A stretch of DNA of 64,000 nt from Pristiophorus japonicus (lineage: Eukaryota). Where the stretch lies: contig NC_091997.1 of assembly GCF_044704955.1 (NCBI RefSeq), forward strand, positions 19,034,001-19,098,000, written 5' to 3'. Numbering within the stretch: the stretch's first letter is position 1; every line of letters starts with the position of its first letter. Below the pieces are notes generated by a model. The model ran no database searches and was not told where the DNA came from. It saw only the letters and a program-made list of their open reading frames with translations. Below, in pieces: positions 36,851 through 50,366 of the stretch. Position numbers and translations under genes: made by a program.

Positions 36851-39827
36851 AATTCCTCCTCACATTTAACTTATGCTCCTTCATATTTCAATTTTTCACC
36901 ATACTGAACAATTTAATTTGACTCAATTTTCTCAATTCCCTCCATAATCTTGAAAGGTTCAATTAGATCAGCGAGTAGCTGAATTATGCAGACGAACAAG
37001 GTCCCAGGTTTTGATCTACGATTTGTGCTGCATTAACTGATCTCAAGCAGAGTGGTGACAGATGCTGCAAAATTCAGGGCCACAAGCTTGATTTCCCCAC
37101 AACATAGCAGCGTGTATTTAATTACTCTTGGCAGAAGACTTGTGTTTATGGATAAACTACTGACATTTCCATTTAGTAAAATGGGACAGTTTCCAGCAAA
37201 TGTTAAGTGTCTTACTGCTAATTTAAATATATATATAGATATATCTATATATATATATAAAAAGACAACGTTTGAAAGGTTTACTGAAGTTCCATCAACT
37301 ATCTGCATGTCACTTGAATTATTTTGTACAGTAACACTTTGTGAGTGTCATGTGTGGTCAAGTCGTTCAAGTAAACCTTCAGAAAACCATTGGTGCTACA
37401 CAACACATTTGAACTAATGACACTGAATCTAGCAGACAATGCGCACAAAGAGTTTCATAATTGATTGACAAGGTTTGAATGGTCACCCTGCCCCTTCACC
37501 ACTCGTCTCCTTTTTCTCGGGGCAGCTGGAAGACAGTCTGTCTGTCTTCAAGGGTAGCTGCCCCTTGCCTTGCTAATGCTGTACCCATGACCCCGCTTAT
37601 GTAAAACCGTGGCCTGGTAACTGCTATAATGTCTTTTGTCCCAGAAAATATAATTTATTTAAATGTAAGTAATTGCACATCAATAAATATGGGAAAGAAA
37701 CGGGCAAGACCATTTGATGATTGTTTGCAAACAGTAAATAATTACAAGGTGAGGCTATGTTATTCATATGCTGTCAAACCAACTGATAAGCTGTAACAAC
37801 TATTGAGAGAAACATTAGGCATGGTGCTGCATAGACAGAAAGGAACATTGCGCACAGAGAACATTCAATGAGTTATTATTTTGGGGTAAAGTAATGATTT
37901 TGGCATAATTGTATAGTGCACAGACTCGAGGTTGTTATATTCTGCCAAGCTGCTATATAGGTCACCCGCATGTTCTGTTAATTACCCAAACTGGTTTCAA
38001 CTTGTTCTGTATCACTGTATCTGGGGTTGTGTGTGTTTTGTGAAGCTCAGAAATAAAGAGATACAGGGCAGTGAAGAACCTCCTATGTGTGCGGTGAATA
38101 GAAATGTTATTACAGGGAGCACGGGAGGAGAGAAAACTTTGCTCTGGCAGAGATAAATGTACCTGCAGCTGGTTTAAAGATTGCTATTTTAATACGGCGT
38201 ATTTGACAAAGCTTTTGCCAACGACAAAAAAAAAATGAAATTGCACATCAGGCCAATCAATATCTGAAAGGCGGCTTGCAGCTTTTCCTATTAGCATTGC
38301 TATTTACAGAAGATCCTTCTTAATGTTACAATGCAAGATTTTCGCCAAAAGCTCCTCTTGCCTTTCAATGCAAACAATCTCCTTTTTGCACAGAATCACA
38401 ACCTTTACTTTACACATTCTGCCTGTAGTCACGCTCTCACTCTCTGCAGTAACTCAGAACACTTTCCTGTAACACTTACTTAGAAACATAGCTATATTAT
38501 TGCTTAATTATTGCATTGCATATTCTTTCCCGAGTTTAGTTTTGTGTTTTGCAGTCCTTAGTGATTAATGGCAACAACAGATTCTTGAATACGCGAGTAC
38601 GGTTATTTTGTTCTTTGTGGTCTATGTTACAATGAAAAGACCTTCACAATACCTGCCGTATATGTGCTACCGAAAGGATTCCCAATTCTGGAGGTTTCAT
38701 CACATGACCTCTTACCTCCAACGGCCTTGCCTAGTCAAAGAGTCTCTCTTCCCGTCGGCAATGTTTTTATAACTAATAAACAAAAGTTTTCAAAGAAAAG
38801 GAAAAATTAAAATTTTTTAAATGCCACTATGATTTTTCTCCCGGGTTGCTTGCTGCAGTATCCAGGAGATTAATCTTTAATTCCTGGAGACTTCAGGACA
38901 ATCCTCAAGGGTTGGCAGCCCTAACTACTTCCTATAGTCACTGGGAGCAGTGCTGATAATATGATAGAATTTTACGCTGAGTTTGAGAATGATTTAGTTA
39001 AGTATGAAACTAGGATCTTAAATCTGAACAAAGAAAATTATATAGGTATGAGAGGCGGGTTGACTAAGATAGCTTGGGAAACCATATTAAAAGATTTAAC
39101 GGTAGATCAGCATTGGTAAACATTTAAAGAAATAATTCCTAACTCACAACGAAAATATATTCCCTCAAGGAATAAAAACCCCGCCCACCGGAAAAATTTT
39201 CCAACTGTGGCTAACAAGAGAAGTTAAAGATAGCATCAGATTAAAGGAAGAGGCTAATAATGTTCCCAAAAGGAGTAGTAAGCCTGAGGATTGTGAAGAT
39301 TTTAGAATTCAGAAACGGAGGACCAAGGAATTGATTTGAAAGAGAAAATAGAATGAGAGTAAACCAGCAAGAGACATAAAAACAGATTGTCAAAGTTTCA
39401 AAGGTAGAAGAGATTAGTGAAAGTAAATGTGGGTGCCTTACAGGCACAGACAGGAAAAAATACAATGGGGAATAAGGAAATGGCAGAGACATTAAACAAA
39501 TAATTTGTATCTGTCTTCACAGAAAAAGACACAAAATGAGTTTGAAAGAGGAACTTAAAGAAATTAGTATTAGTAAAGAAATAGTACTGGAGAAATTAAT
39601 GGGACGAAAGACCTGATGGCCTACACCCAAGGGTTCCAAAAGAGGTGGCTGCAGAGATAGTGGATGCATTGGTTTTAATTTTCTAGAATTCCCGAAGTTC
39701 TAGAATGGTCCCTGGGACACTAACCTCACTATTCAAGAAAGGAGGGGGAGAGAAAACAGGGAACTACAGACCAGTTAGACAGACATCAGTAGTAGGGAAA
39801 ATATTAAATCTAATATTGGTAACAGGT

Positions 39828-42800
39828 TAATATGTCCTTACTGTACACTACAAATGCACACGAGGCCCATATCAGCGAGAAGGTCACTCTATGACCAGTC
39901 TTTTATTGGCCAGCACTGAAGTGATGAAGTGGGTGGAGCTTCCCCTTTTATACCTGAAGTCCAGGTTAGGAGTGTCTCCCTCAAGTTCACCACCTAGTGG
40001 TCAATGTTCTCATGGTGTACAACTTAGATCAGTTTATACATGGATTACAATGACAGTTGAATACATGACATCACCTCTCCCCAATGTCTTATTGGGGTCA
40101 CAGGTTAAGTCTCTCTGGTGGTTTACGCTCCCTTGTAGAGCGCCTGAGTTGGGGCTCCGGTTGTTGGGCGTTGGCCTGAGTGTCTGCTGTTTGTGGTGCC
40201 TCAGGCCTGTCCAGACTGCCCACAGTGACTGGGCTCTCCTCCACTTGGTTCCGGTGTTCTTCATCGTGTTCTTCCTCTGCTTCTTCTATGGGGTTGCTGA
40301 ACCTCCTTTTTGTTTGATCCACGTGTTTGCGATAGATTTATCCATTGGTAAGTTTAACTACCAGAATCCTATTCCCCTCTTTGGCAATCATAGTGCCTGC
40401 GAACCATTTGGGCCCTGCAGCGTAGTTGAGGACAAAGACAGGGTCATTGACATCAATACATCAGGCCCTTGCATTCCCGTCATGGTAGTCACATTGTGCC
40501 CGGCGCCTGCTCTCAACAATTTCTTTCATAGTGGGGTGTATGAGGGATAACCTGGTTTTGAGCGTCCTTTTCATTAACAGCTCTGCAGGTGGAACCCCTG
40601 TGAGCGAGTGTGGTCGGGATCTATTGACCAACAGGAGGCGTAGTAAGTGGCTTTGTAGGGAACCCCCTTGGATTCTGAGCATCCCCTGTTTGATTATCTG
40701 CACTGCTCGTTCCACCTGGCCGTTTGAGGCCGGCTTGAACTGTGCCATTCTGACATGGTTGATACCATTTGCTGCCATGAAGTCCTGGAACTCAATGCTT
40801 GTAAAGCACGGGCCATTGTCACTGACCAAGACATCCGGTAGACCATGGGCGGCAAACATTGCCCGTAGACTTTCTACCATGGCAGAGGATGTGCTTGAAT
40901 TCAGAATGTCACACTCGATCCATTTGGAGTAGGCATCTACTACAACCAAAAACATTTTTCCCATGAAAGGACCTGCTTAGTCCACATGGATGTGTGACCA
41001 TGGCTTGGCGGGCCAGGACCAAGAGCTAAGGGGGGTTTCCCTGGGCGCATTGCCCAGCTGGGCACATGTGTTGCACCTGCGAACACAAAGTTCTAGGTCT
41101 GCATCTATCCCTGGCCACCAAATGTGTGACCTGGCAATTGCCTTCATCATGACAATGTCCGGGTGCTCATTGTGGAGTTCTCGGATGAACATCTCTCTGC
41201 CCATCTGGGGCATGACTACTCGGTTTCCCCATAGTAGGCAATCGGACTGAATCGAGAGTTCATCCTTGCGCCTGTGAAATGGTTTAAATTCCTCAGGGCA
41301 TGCCCCGTACGTGGCTGCCCAGTCCCCATTCAGGATACATTTCTTCACTATTTGTCCAGACTTTGATCTGACGGGCTGTCACACTTTCGAAAGCTTCACC
41401 AGCCATGACCATCTCAGCAGCATGCTCGGTTGCCCCCTTGGTGATGGCTAGTGAGAGCCTGCTGAGTGCATCGGTGCAGTTTTCAGTGCCCGGTCTGTGC
41501 CGCATTGTATAGTCACAGGCGGCTAACGTGAGTGCCCACCTCTATATGTGAGCCAACGCATTTGCATTTATGGCCTTGTTGTCGGCCAAAAGGGACGTTA
41601 GGGGTTTGTGATCTGTCTCCGGCTCAAATTTCCTGCCAAACAGGTACTGGTGCATTTTTTGTACTGCATATACACATGCAAGTGCTTCCTTTTCTACCAT
41701 CCCGTAGCCCCTTTCTGCCTGGGACAGACTTCTGGAGGCATAAGCTACCGGCTGTAACTGACCCTTAGCATTAACATGCTGCAACACACACCCAATACCA
41801 TAGGACGACACGTCGCACGTTAAAACAAGTTTCTTACATGGGTCATATAGCGTTAACAGACTGTTGGAGCACAACAAGTTGCGTGCTCTATCAAAAGCCC
41901 TTTCCTGGCTGTCCCCCCAGACCCATTCGCGACCTTTGCGTAGGAGCACGTGTAGCGGCTCTAACAGCGTGTTCAATTTGGGAAGAAAGTTACCAAAATA
42001 GTTCAGGAGTCCCAGGAACGAACACAGCTCCGTCGTGTTACAGGGTCTGGGTGCTCTCTGGATTGCTTCCGTTTTGGATGCAGTAGGTCTGATCCCGTCT
42101 GCTGCTACCCTCATCCACAGGAATTCTACCTCTGGAGCTAGGAAGACACACTTCGCCTTTTTCAGTCCTACCCGGTCCAGTCTGCGTAGCACCTCCTCCA
42201 GGTTGTGGAGGTGTTCTTCAGTATCGCAACCCGTGATGAGGATGTCGTCTTGAAAAACCACCGTCCTTGGAATCGACTTGACATGTTTCGTTGAAAGATC
42301 GCGACGGCCGAGTGAATCCCGAACGGACATCTGTTGTATTCAAACAACCCCTTGTGTATCGTGATGGTGGTCAGCTTCTTCGACTCACTCGCCAGTTCCT
42401 GGGTCATGTAAGCTGAGGTCATGTCCAATTTTGAAAAAAGTTTGCCACTGGATAGCGTCGCAAAGAGGTCCTCCGCTCTCGGTAGCGGGTACTGGTCTTG
42501 GAGTGTCACCCGATTGATGGTGGCCTTGTAATCACCACATATCCTGACCGACCCATCCGCCTTGAGCACCGGCACAATCGGGCTCACCCAGTCACTGAAT
42601 TCGACTGGCGAGATGAGGCCTTCCCTCAGCAGGCAGTCCAATTCGCCTTCTATCTTTTCCTGCATCACGTACGGCACCGCTCTGGCCTTGTGGTGTACTG
42701 GCCTGGCATCCGGGTTTATGTGAATCTTGGTCCCCATGAAAGTGCCAATGCCGGTTTGAAATAGTGAGTCAAATTTGTCCAGGACCTGTGAGCATGATAT

Positions 42801-45290
42801 TCGCTACACAGAGGAAATTGCATTGACATCGCCCCATTTCCAGTTCATGACAGCAAGCCAAATCCTTCCCAGCAGTGCGGGACCGTTCCCCGGGACAATC
42901 CAGAGTGGCAACCTGTTCTCCGAATCTTTGTGAGTCACGACTACCGTGGTGCTGCCTAGAACCGGAATGATCTCCTTTGTATATGTCCGTAGCTGTGCGT
43001 CAATCGGCAATAATTTTGGCCTCCTGGCCTTGGACGCCCACAACTTGTCGAACTGTTTGATACTCATCAGGGACTGGCTGGCCCCTGTGTCTAGCTCTAT
43101 TGATACTGGGATGCCATTGAGGAGCACTTTCATCATTATCAGTGGCGTCCTGGTGTATAAACTGTATATGTGCTCCACATGAACTCACTGACCTTCAGCT
43201 TCCAGTGATTTCCCCAGTGTCCAATTGGTCTCGTAGGGCTTACATCGGGCCCCTCCTCCTCGTACATCAACCTGGCTGCAGGCTTCCTGCACATACGCGC
43301 CAAGTGATCGCTGACGTTGCAATTTCTGCAGGTATATTGCTGATACCTGCAAGCTCTGGCTGTGTGTTTGCCTCCACACCTCCAACATGAACTGTTGTTG
43401 GAAACAAAAGGTCCATTACCAGTCGATTGTCTCTGACTGTCTCTGTAACTGTCCTTAAACACACCATTGACAGATGTTGATGGCCCCATTACTGACCGCA
43501 TTGTCCCTTGCGATGGTATGAATCGCCGTTCAGCTAGCCATTGTCTCTGTTGAATTCCCCCTTTGGGTTCGACTATATGCTCGGGCATGTCCGATTGCCC
43601 CTGTCTGCCTGGAGAACTGTGTGCCGCGTTAACAATGTTGACTCCCTGTCCATTTGCTGCATTGCTGGTAAAAACAGAGAGACAGACTATTATCTGAATG
43701 GTGACAGATTAGGAAAAGGGAAGGTGCAACGAGACCTGGGTGTCATGGTACATCAGTCATTGAAGGTTGGCATGCAGGTACAGCAGGCGGTTAAGAAAGC
43801 AAATGGCATGTTGGCCTTCATAGCGAGGGGATTTGAATACAGGGGCAGGGAGGTGTTGCTACAGTTGTACAGGGCCTTGGTGAGGCCACACCTGGAGTAT
43901 TGTGTACAGTTTTGGTCTCCTAACTTGAGGAAGGACATTCTTGCTATTGAGGGAGTGCAGCGAAGGTTCACCAGACTGATTCCCGGGATGGCGGGACTGA
44001 CCTATCAAGAAAGATTGGATCAACTGGGCTTGTATTCACTGGAGTTCAGAAGAATGAGAGGGGACCTCATAGAAACGTTTAAAATTCTGACGGGTTTAGA
44101 CAGGTTAGATGCAGAAAGAATGTTCCCAATGTTGGGGAAGTCCAGAACCAGGGGTCACAGTCTGAGGATAAGGGGTAAGCCATTTAGGACCGAGATGAGG
44201 AGAAACTTCTTCACCCAGAGAGTGGTGAACCTGTGGAATTCTCTACCACAGAAAGTAGTTGAGGCCAATTCACTAAATATATTCAAAAGGGAGTTAGATG
44301 AAGTCCTTACTACTCGGGGGATCAAGGGTTATGGCGAGAAAGCAGGAAGGGGGTACTGAAGTTTCATGTTCAGCCATGAACTCATTGAATGGCGGTGCAG
44401 GCTAGAAGGGCTGAATGGCCTGCTCCTGCACCTATTTTCTATGTTTCTATGTTTCTATGTTAAACCAAGATTTTTGTCAAACATCATTCTGGTCTCTTCC
44501 TCCTCTGAGATAAATGTCTGGGCCATCAAAGCCGCCGTTTCCAGGGTCAAGTCTTTGGTCTCAATCAGTTTCCTGAAAACCCCAGCGTGCCCGATGCCCT
44601 CGATAAAAAAGTCTTGCAACATCTCCGCTCTGCATGCATCTGGGAACTTACATAGGCTCGCCAGTCGCTGGAGGTCTGCCACGAAGTCTGAAACGCTTTG
44701 CCCTTCTCACCGCCGGTGCGTGTAAAACTGGTGTCTCGTCAGATGCATGCTGCTCGCCAGTTTAAAGTGTTCCCCGATCAACTTACTGAGCTCTTCAAAA
44801 GTCTTGCCCGCCGGCTTCTCTGGCGCTCAAAGGTCCTTCATCAGGGAGTACGTCCTGGATCCACAAACCGTCAGGAGATGAGACCTGCGTTTGTCGGCTG
44901 AATCCTGTCCCAGCCATTCCTTAGTGACGAAACTTTGCTGTAGTCTCTCAATAAAATCGTCTCAATCATCACCAACACAGTACCTCTCATCTGTATTGCT
45001 AGTGGCCATGCTCACGTGGTTCAAATCCCAGTTTCTCGTCGCCAATAATATGTCCTAACTATACAGTACAAATGCACATGAGGCCCATACTAGAGAGAAG
45101 GTCACTCTGTGACCAGTCTTTTATTAGCCAGCACTGAAGTGATGAAGATGGGTGGAGCTTCCCCTTTTATACCTGAAAGTCCAGATTAGGAGTGTCTCCC
45201 ACAAGTTCACCACCTAGTGATCAGTGTTCTCACGGTGTACAACTTAGGTCAGTTTATACATGGATTACAGTGACAGTTGAATACATGACA
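39828..45290 (-). mobile_element. Full-structure Gypsy/Ty3 LTR retrotransposon (decayed gag-pro-RT-RNaseH-IN)
   Basis: LTRs 45046-45290 and 39828-40070; TSD CAGGT; PBS TGGCGACGAG; PPT GGGGAGAGGTGA; CCHC gag knuckles, LDTGA protease, FQDDIL RT, TDHKPL RNase H, VSDNG integrase. Confidence 0.95.
43665..44460 (+). mobile_element. Young CR1 3' fragment inserted in Gypsy gag
   Basis: Open RT C-terminal frame within ORF 43541..44359; (TTTCTATG)n tail; gag resumes on either side. Confidence 0.92.
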
Positions 45291-46137
45291 CAGGTCACTT
45301 AGAAAATCATAATATGATTGGGCAGAGTCAACACAGATTTAGGAAAGGGAAATTGTGTTTGACAAATCTGTTGGAGATTTGTGAGGTTGTAACTAGTTGG
45401 GTAGATAAGGAGGAACCAGTGGTTGTAGTGTATTTGGGTTTAAAGTAAACATTCGATAACGTGCCACACAAGAGGTTATTACACAAAATTATGGATTGGG
45501 GGTAATGTATTAGCATTTCCAGTTTGGCAGACTGGAACAAATGGGGTACCGTAATGATCAGTTCTTGAGGGTCAGCTATTTACAATCTATATCAATGACT
45601 TAGATGAGGGGACAGAGTGTAATGCATCCAAGTTTACTGACGATACAAAGCTAGATAGGATAGTAAGTTGTGAGGAGGATGCAAAGAGGCTGCAAGGGGA
45701 TATAGACAGATTAAGTAAGTGGGCAAGAACACGGCAGATGGAATATAACGTGGAGGATTGTGAAGTTATCCACTATGGTAGGAAAAATAGAAAAGCAGAA
45801 TATTTTTTAAATGGTGAGAGATTGGGAAATGTTGGTGTTCAGAGACACCTGGCTGTCCTTGTACACAAATCACTGAAAGTTAACATGCAGGTACAGCAAG
45901 CAATTAGGAAAGCAAATGGTATGTTAGCCTTTATTACAAAAGGATTGAAGTGCAAGAGTAACTAAATTTTATTGCAATTATAAAGCCCTGGTGAAACCAC
46001 ACTTGGAGTACTGTGTACAGTTTTGGTCTCCTTACCTAAGGAAGGATATAATTGCCTTAGAGGGAGTGCAACAGAGGTTCACCAGACTAATTCATGGGAT
46101 GGGGGGGATTGTCCTATGAGGAGAGATTGAGGAGACT

Positions 46138-46699
46138 ACATAGAAACATAGAAACATAGAAAATAGGTGCAGGAGTAGGCCATTCGGCCCTTCTAGCCTG
46201 CACCGCCATTCAATGAGTTCATGGCTGAACATTCAACTTCAGTACCCCATTCCTGCTTTCTCGCCATACCCCTTGATCCCCCTAGCAGTAAGGACCTCAT
46301 CTAACTCCTTTTTGAATATATTTAGTGAATTGGCCTCAACAACTTTCTGTGGTAGAGAATTCCACAGGTTCACCACTCTCTGGGTGAAGAAGTTCCTCCG
46401 CATCTCGGTCCTAAATGGCTTACCCCTTATCCTTAGACTGTGACCCCTGGTTCTGGACTTCCCCAACATTGGGAACATTCTTCCTGCATCTAACCTGTCT
46501 AACCCCGTCAGAATTTTATATGTTTCTATGAGGTCCCCTCTCATTCTTCTGAACTCCAGTGAATACAAGTCCAGTTGATCCAGTCTTTCTTGATAGGTCA
46601 GTCCCGCCATCCCGGGAATCAGTCTGGTGAACCTTCGCTGCACTCCCTCAATAGCAAGAATGTCCTTCCTCAGGTTAGGAGACCAAAACTGTACACAAT
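46138..46699 (-). mobile_element. Young CR1 3' fragment
   Basis: ORF 46239..46643; (CATAGAAA)n tail; near-identical to 43900-44460. Confidence 0.9.
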
Positions 46700-48104
46700 A
46701 GGCCTATATTCCCTAGAGTTTAGAAGAATGAGAGGTGATCTCATTGAAACATATAACATTCTTACAGGGTTAGACAGGGTAGATGTTGCAAGGATATTTT
46801 CCCTGGCTGGAGAGTCTAGAACCAGGGGTCACAGTCTCAGAATAAGGACTGAGATGAGGAGAAATTTCTTCACTCAGAGGGTGGTGAATCTTTGGAATTC
46901 TCTACCCCAGAGGGTTGTGGATGCTCGGTCGTTGAGTATATTCAAGACTGAGATCGATAGATTTTTGGATCATAAGGAAATCAAGGGATATGGTGGATTT
47001 GAGGTAGAAGATCAGTCATGATCTTATTGAATGATGGAGCAGGTTTGAAAGGCAAAATGGCCTACTCCTGCTCCTATTTCATATGTTCTATAGAGAATCT
47101 ACAAATTCTGAATGTTTGGATATGGTTTACTGCAAAATTTTGTTGTTTATCTTATGCATATATATCAGGGTTATATCAAGTTATGAAATACTAATTGGCA
47201 TCTCTCTCTCTTAATTTTTTTTAGTACAAACCTTCTTGCAAGATTGAATTACTTACATTTTAATGATCTCTGCAAGTAATCATTTCAATCACCTTAATTT
47301 AGCATGACCCTGTCCTAGTTTTAACAAATGCTGTCACCCTCATTATTTTCTATGTAGAATAAAACACAGTCTGCAGTGTGTCCATAGAGTAGCACAATGT
47401 TGATTTGAGAAAATATTCTAATGATCCCATGGTCCCAAGAGGGAGCCTCATTCAGGACAACAACAACTTGCAGTTACATACCGCCTTTAACGTTGAAAGA
47501 TGTCCCCAGGTGTTTCATAGACGTCTCATCAGGCAAAAATGGATGCTGAGTCAATAGGAGTGGTGACCAAAAGCTTGATCAAAGAGATTGATTTTAAGTA
47601 GGGTCTTAAAGAAAGACTTGGATTTATACAGTGCCTTTCATGACCAACGGACATCTCAAAGCGCTTTACAGCCAATGAGGAACTTTTGGAGTGTAGTCAC
47701 TATTGTAATGTAGGAAACGCGGCAGCCAATTTGCGCACAGCAAGTTCCCTCAAACAGCAATGTGATAATGACCAGATAATCTGTTTTTTTGTTATGTTGA
47801 TTGAGGGAGAAATATTGGCCAGGACACCAGGGATAACTCCCCTGCTCTTCTTCGAAATAGTGCCGTGATATCTTTTATGTCCACCTGAGAGCAGACAGGG
47901 CCGTGGTTTAAGATCTCATCCAAAAGACAGCACTTCCAACAGTGCAGCGCTCTTTTAGCACTGCATTTGAGTGTCAGCCTAGATTTATGTGCTCAAGTCC
48001 CTGGAATGGGAGTTGAACCCAGAACCATATGATTCAATGGCAAGAGTGCTACCCACTGAGTCACAATTGATTCTTAAGGAAGGAGAGGGAAGTGGAAAGG
48101 CAGA

Positions 48105-48735
48105 GGGCCTGAAAGTCATGGCCTTACCGCCCATTGCCACCGACATTCCTCTTGAAGTTGTGCCCAGTGCTACTTTCCATTTGGTGTGGAGCGGGCGGGA
48201 GGGGAGAACCGCTGGGAACCACCCGCTGACATCAGCGGACAGCCGACTGGCGCAACTGACCTCTCGCCCGCCGAGATGCCATATGGATGCGGGTGAGAGT
48301 CGGCGCCAGAACAGGGAAGGACCGCTGGCTGGTACCTGTTCTATCCCCGACGGTGAGTATGAAGAGCTGAAAAAAAAGGTTCATAAACATTTTTTTGATT
48401 TTTTTCTTTACAGCGACTTACCTGGATGGGCTCCCCTGAAGGTGTTCCCATGTTTTGTTTTTAATGATTTTTCTTTTCAGGCCTTCGACCTTCCATGGGC
48501 CCGACTCTATCCTCGGTGGCACTTGGGCGGCAAGCCGCCTTTGCCGCCGAGATTGGGAGCTCTCGCCGGCTACCATCCAGATTGGCAGCATAAGTCCCTC
48601 TTTTGCCGCCCGCCGACCTTTCAAGGACCGTTTTGACGAAAACCCCGCCCAAAGTACCGTCAGTTACCTCAGCGGCCATCAGCGATCCTTTGGGTGGCAC
48701 TTGGGCGGATGGAGGCCTTCATCAATTTCGGCCCC
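48105..48735. mobile_element. Harbinger-type MITE inside an L2 fragment
   Basis: GGGCCTGAAAGT / AATTTCGGCCCC termini, 3-bp TSD AGA. Confidence 0.75.
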
Positions 48736-50366
48736 AGAAAGTTTTAGGGAATTCCAGTGCATGAGGCCTAGGCCTATAAAGGCATGTGGGGCAAAGGGAG
48801 ATGAATGCACGGGGCTGGAGTTTGGGTGGGGGATTGTAGGGCAGGAGGAGCTTACAGAGATAGGAAGGGTCAGGGCCTTGAAAGGAGTTAAATATGATGA
48901 GAATTTTAAATTGGAGGCACTGGGGGAAGTGAAAGCCAATATAGGTCAGTAAGGACAGAGGAGATGAGTGAGCGGGACTTGGTGCAAGATAGGATATAGA
49001 CAAAGAAACACAGGTAGAATGTTATAACACATCTCTGACCTGCACTCCTTTCAGGCAAGGTGCCCAGTGGGACTCCAGAATCGCTGAAGTTACTCCTACA
49101 ACCCACAAGAGTGAAGCTATGTAACTGTCTTAGACTCTTCAGAGAATTTTATTCTTTGTACATACACAAACGTAAGGAGTTCTTAGCATTTATCATGTGT
49201 CCTTTTTATTGGCAGAGAGGGGTGTCATATTGTCATTAGCTGCTACAGTTTAATTTTGATTTTGCAAGTACAGCGTAGTATTTTCACAGTTTATTTAACT
49301 GCATGATACAAGGAAGTATTGTTGCTTGTATGCATCATTTGTAAATGACCAGGCTAAAAATACAATGCAATAACATAACCAAGTGGTGTTGATGCTGTAA
49401 CGAGGGTATTTGTTTATCACCTGATTCCCATAATTATATAAAGTTGTTGGCTGAGGGAGAAATGCAGGCCATGACACCAAGAGAACTTCGAATAATGCTG
49501 TGGGATCTATTACATCCACCTGAGAGGGTAGACAAGGCCTCGATTTAACGTCTCCCTTAGTGCTGCGCATAAATGCCAGCCAAGATTCTGTGCACAAGTC
49601 TTCGGAGTGGGTCTTGAACCCACTACCCTCTGACTCAGAGGCAAGACTGCTGCCATTGAGCCAAGGCTGACACCTGACTCCAGAAAATGGCCTCAAAGCT
49701 TTACAACAGTATGCTAATCGATCCCAGAGGGAATACCTGACAGGGAGAATGCTCCTTTTGGAGCCAAAGAGTGAAAATCAAATTTTAGAAACTCAAAGTA
49801 TAGAAATGACCCTGTCCCTAGAATTTGTAATGGGGTCTAGGGCTACCGGAAATACTAGGGGACCGAGGGTCTAGCAAGAAGGGGGAACTGAAGGAAATCC
49901 TTATTAGTCAGGAAATTGTGTTAGGGAAATTGATGGGATTGAAGGCCGATAAATCCCCGGGGCCTGATAGTCTGCATCCCAGAGTACTTAAGGAAGTGAT
50001 CCTAGAAATAGTGGATGCATTGGTGGTCATTTTCCAACATTCTATAGACTCTGCAACAGAACCTATGGATTGGAGGGTAGCTAATGTAACACCACTTTTT
50101 AAAAAAGGAGGGAGAGAGAAAACAGGGAATTATAGACCGGTTAGCCTGACATCGGTAGTGGGGAAAATGTTGGAATCAATTATTAAAGATGAAATAGCAG
50201 CACATTTGGAAAGCGGTGACAGGATCGGTCCAAGTCAGCATGGATTTATGAAAGAGAAATCATGCTTGACAAATCTAGAATGTTTTGAGGATGTAACTAG
50301 TAGAGTGGAAAAGGGTGAACCAGTGGATGTGGTGTATTTGGACTTTCAAAAGGCTTTTGACAAGGT

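Larger units (their letters stand above)
38965..47090 (+). mobile_element. Older CR1 ORF2 (pieces ~38965-39827, ~45291-46137, ~46700-47090) hosting a Gypsy and a younger CR1
   Basis: CR1 ORF2 sequence resumes collinearly after each nested element; atgttcta tail at the end. Confidence 0.85.

Noticed and set aside
37226-37260. Near-palindromic (AT)n stretch
   Set aside because: Ordinary dinucleotide microsatellite.
39891-40550. 219-aa plus-strand ORF
   Set aside because: Antisense to Gypsy integrase and LTR; no independent coding signal.
43541-44359. 272-aa ORF suggesting a novel fusion protein
   Set aside because: Antisense Gypsy gag runs into an inserted CR1 RT fragment; chance read-through.
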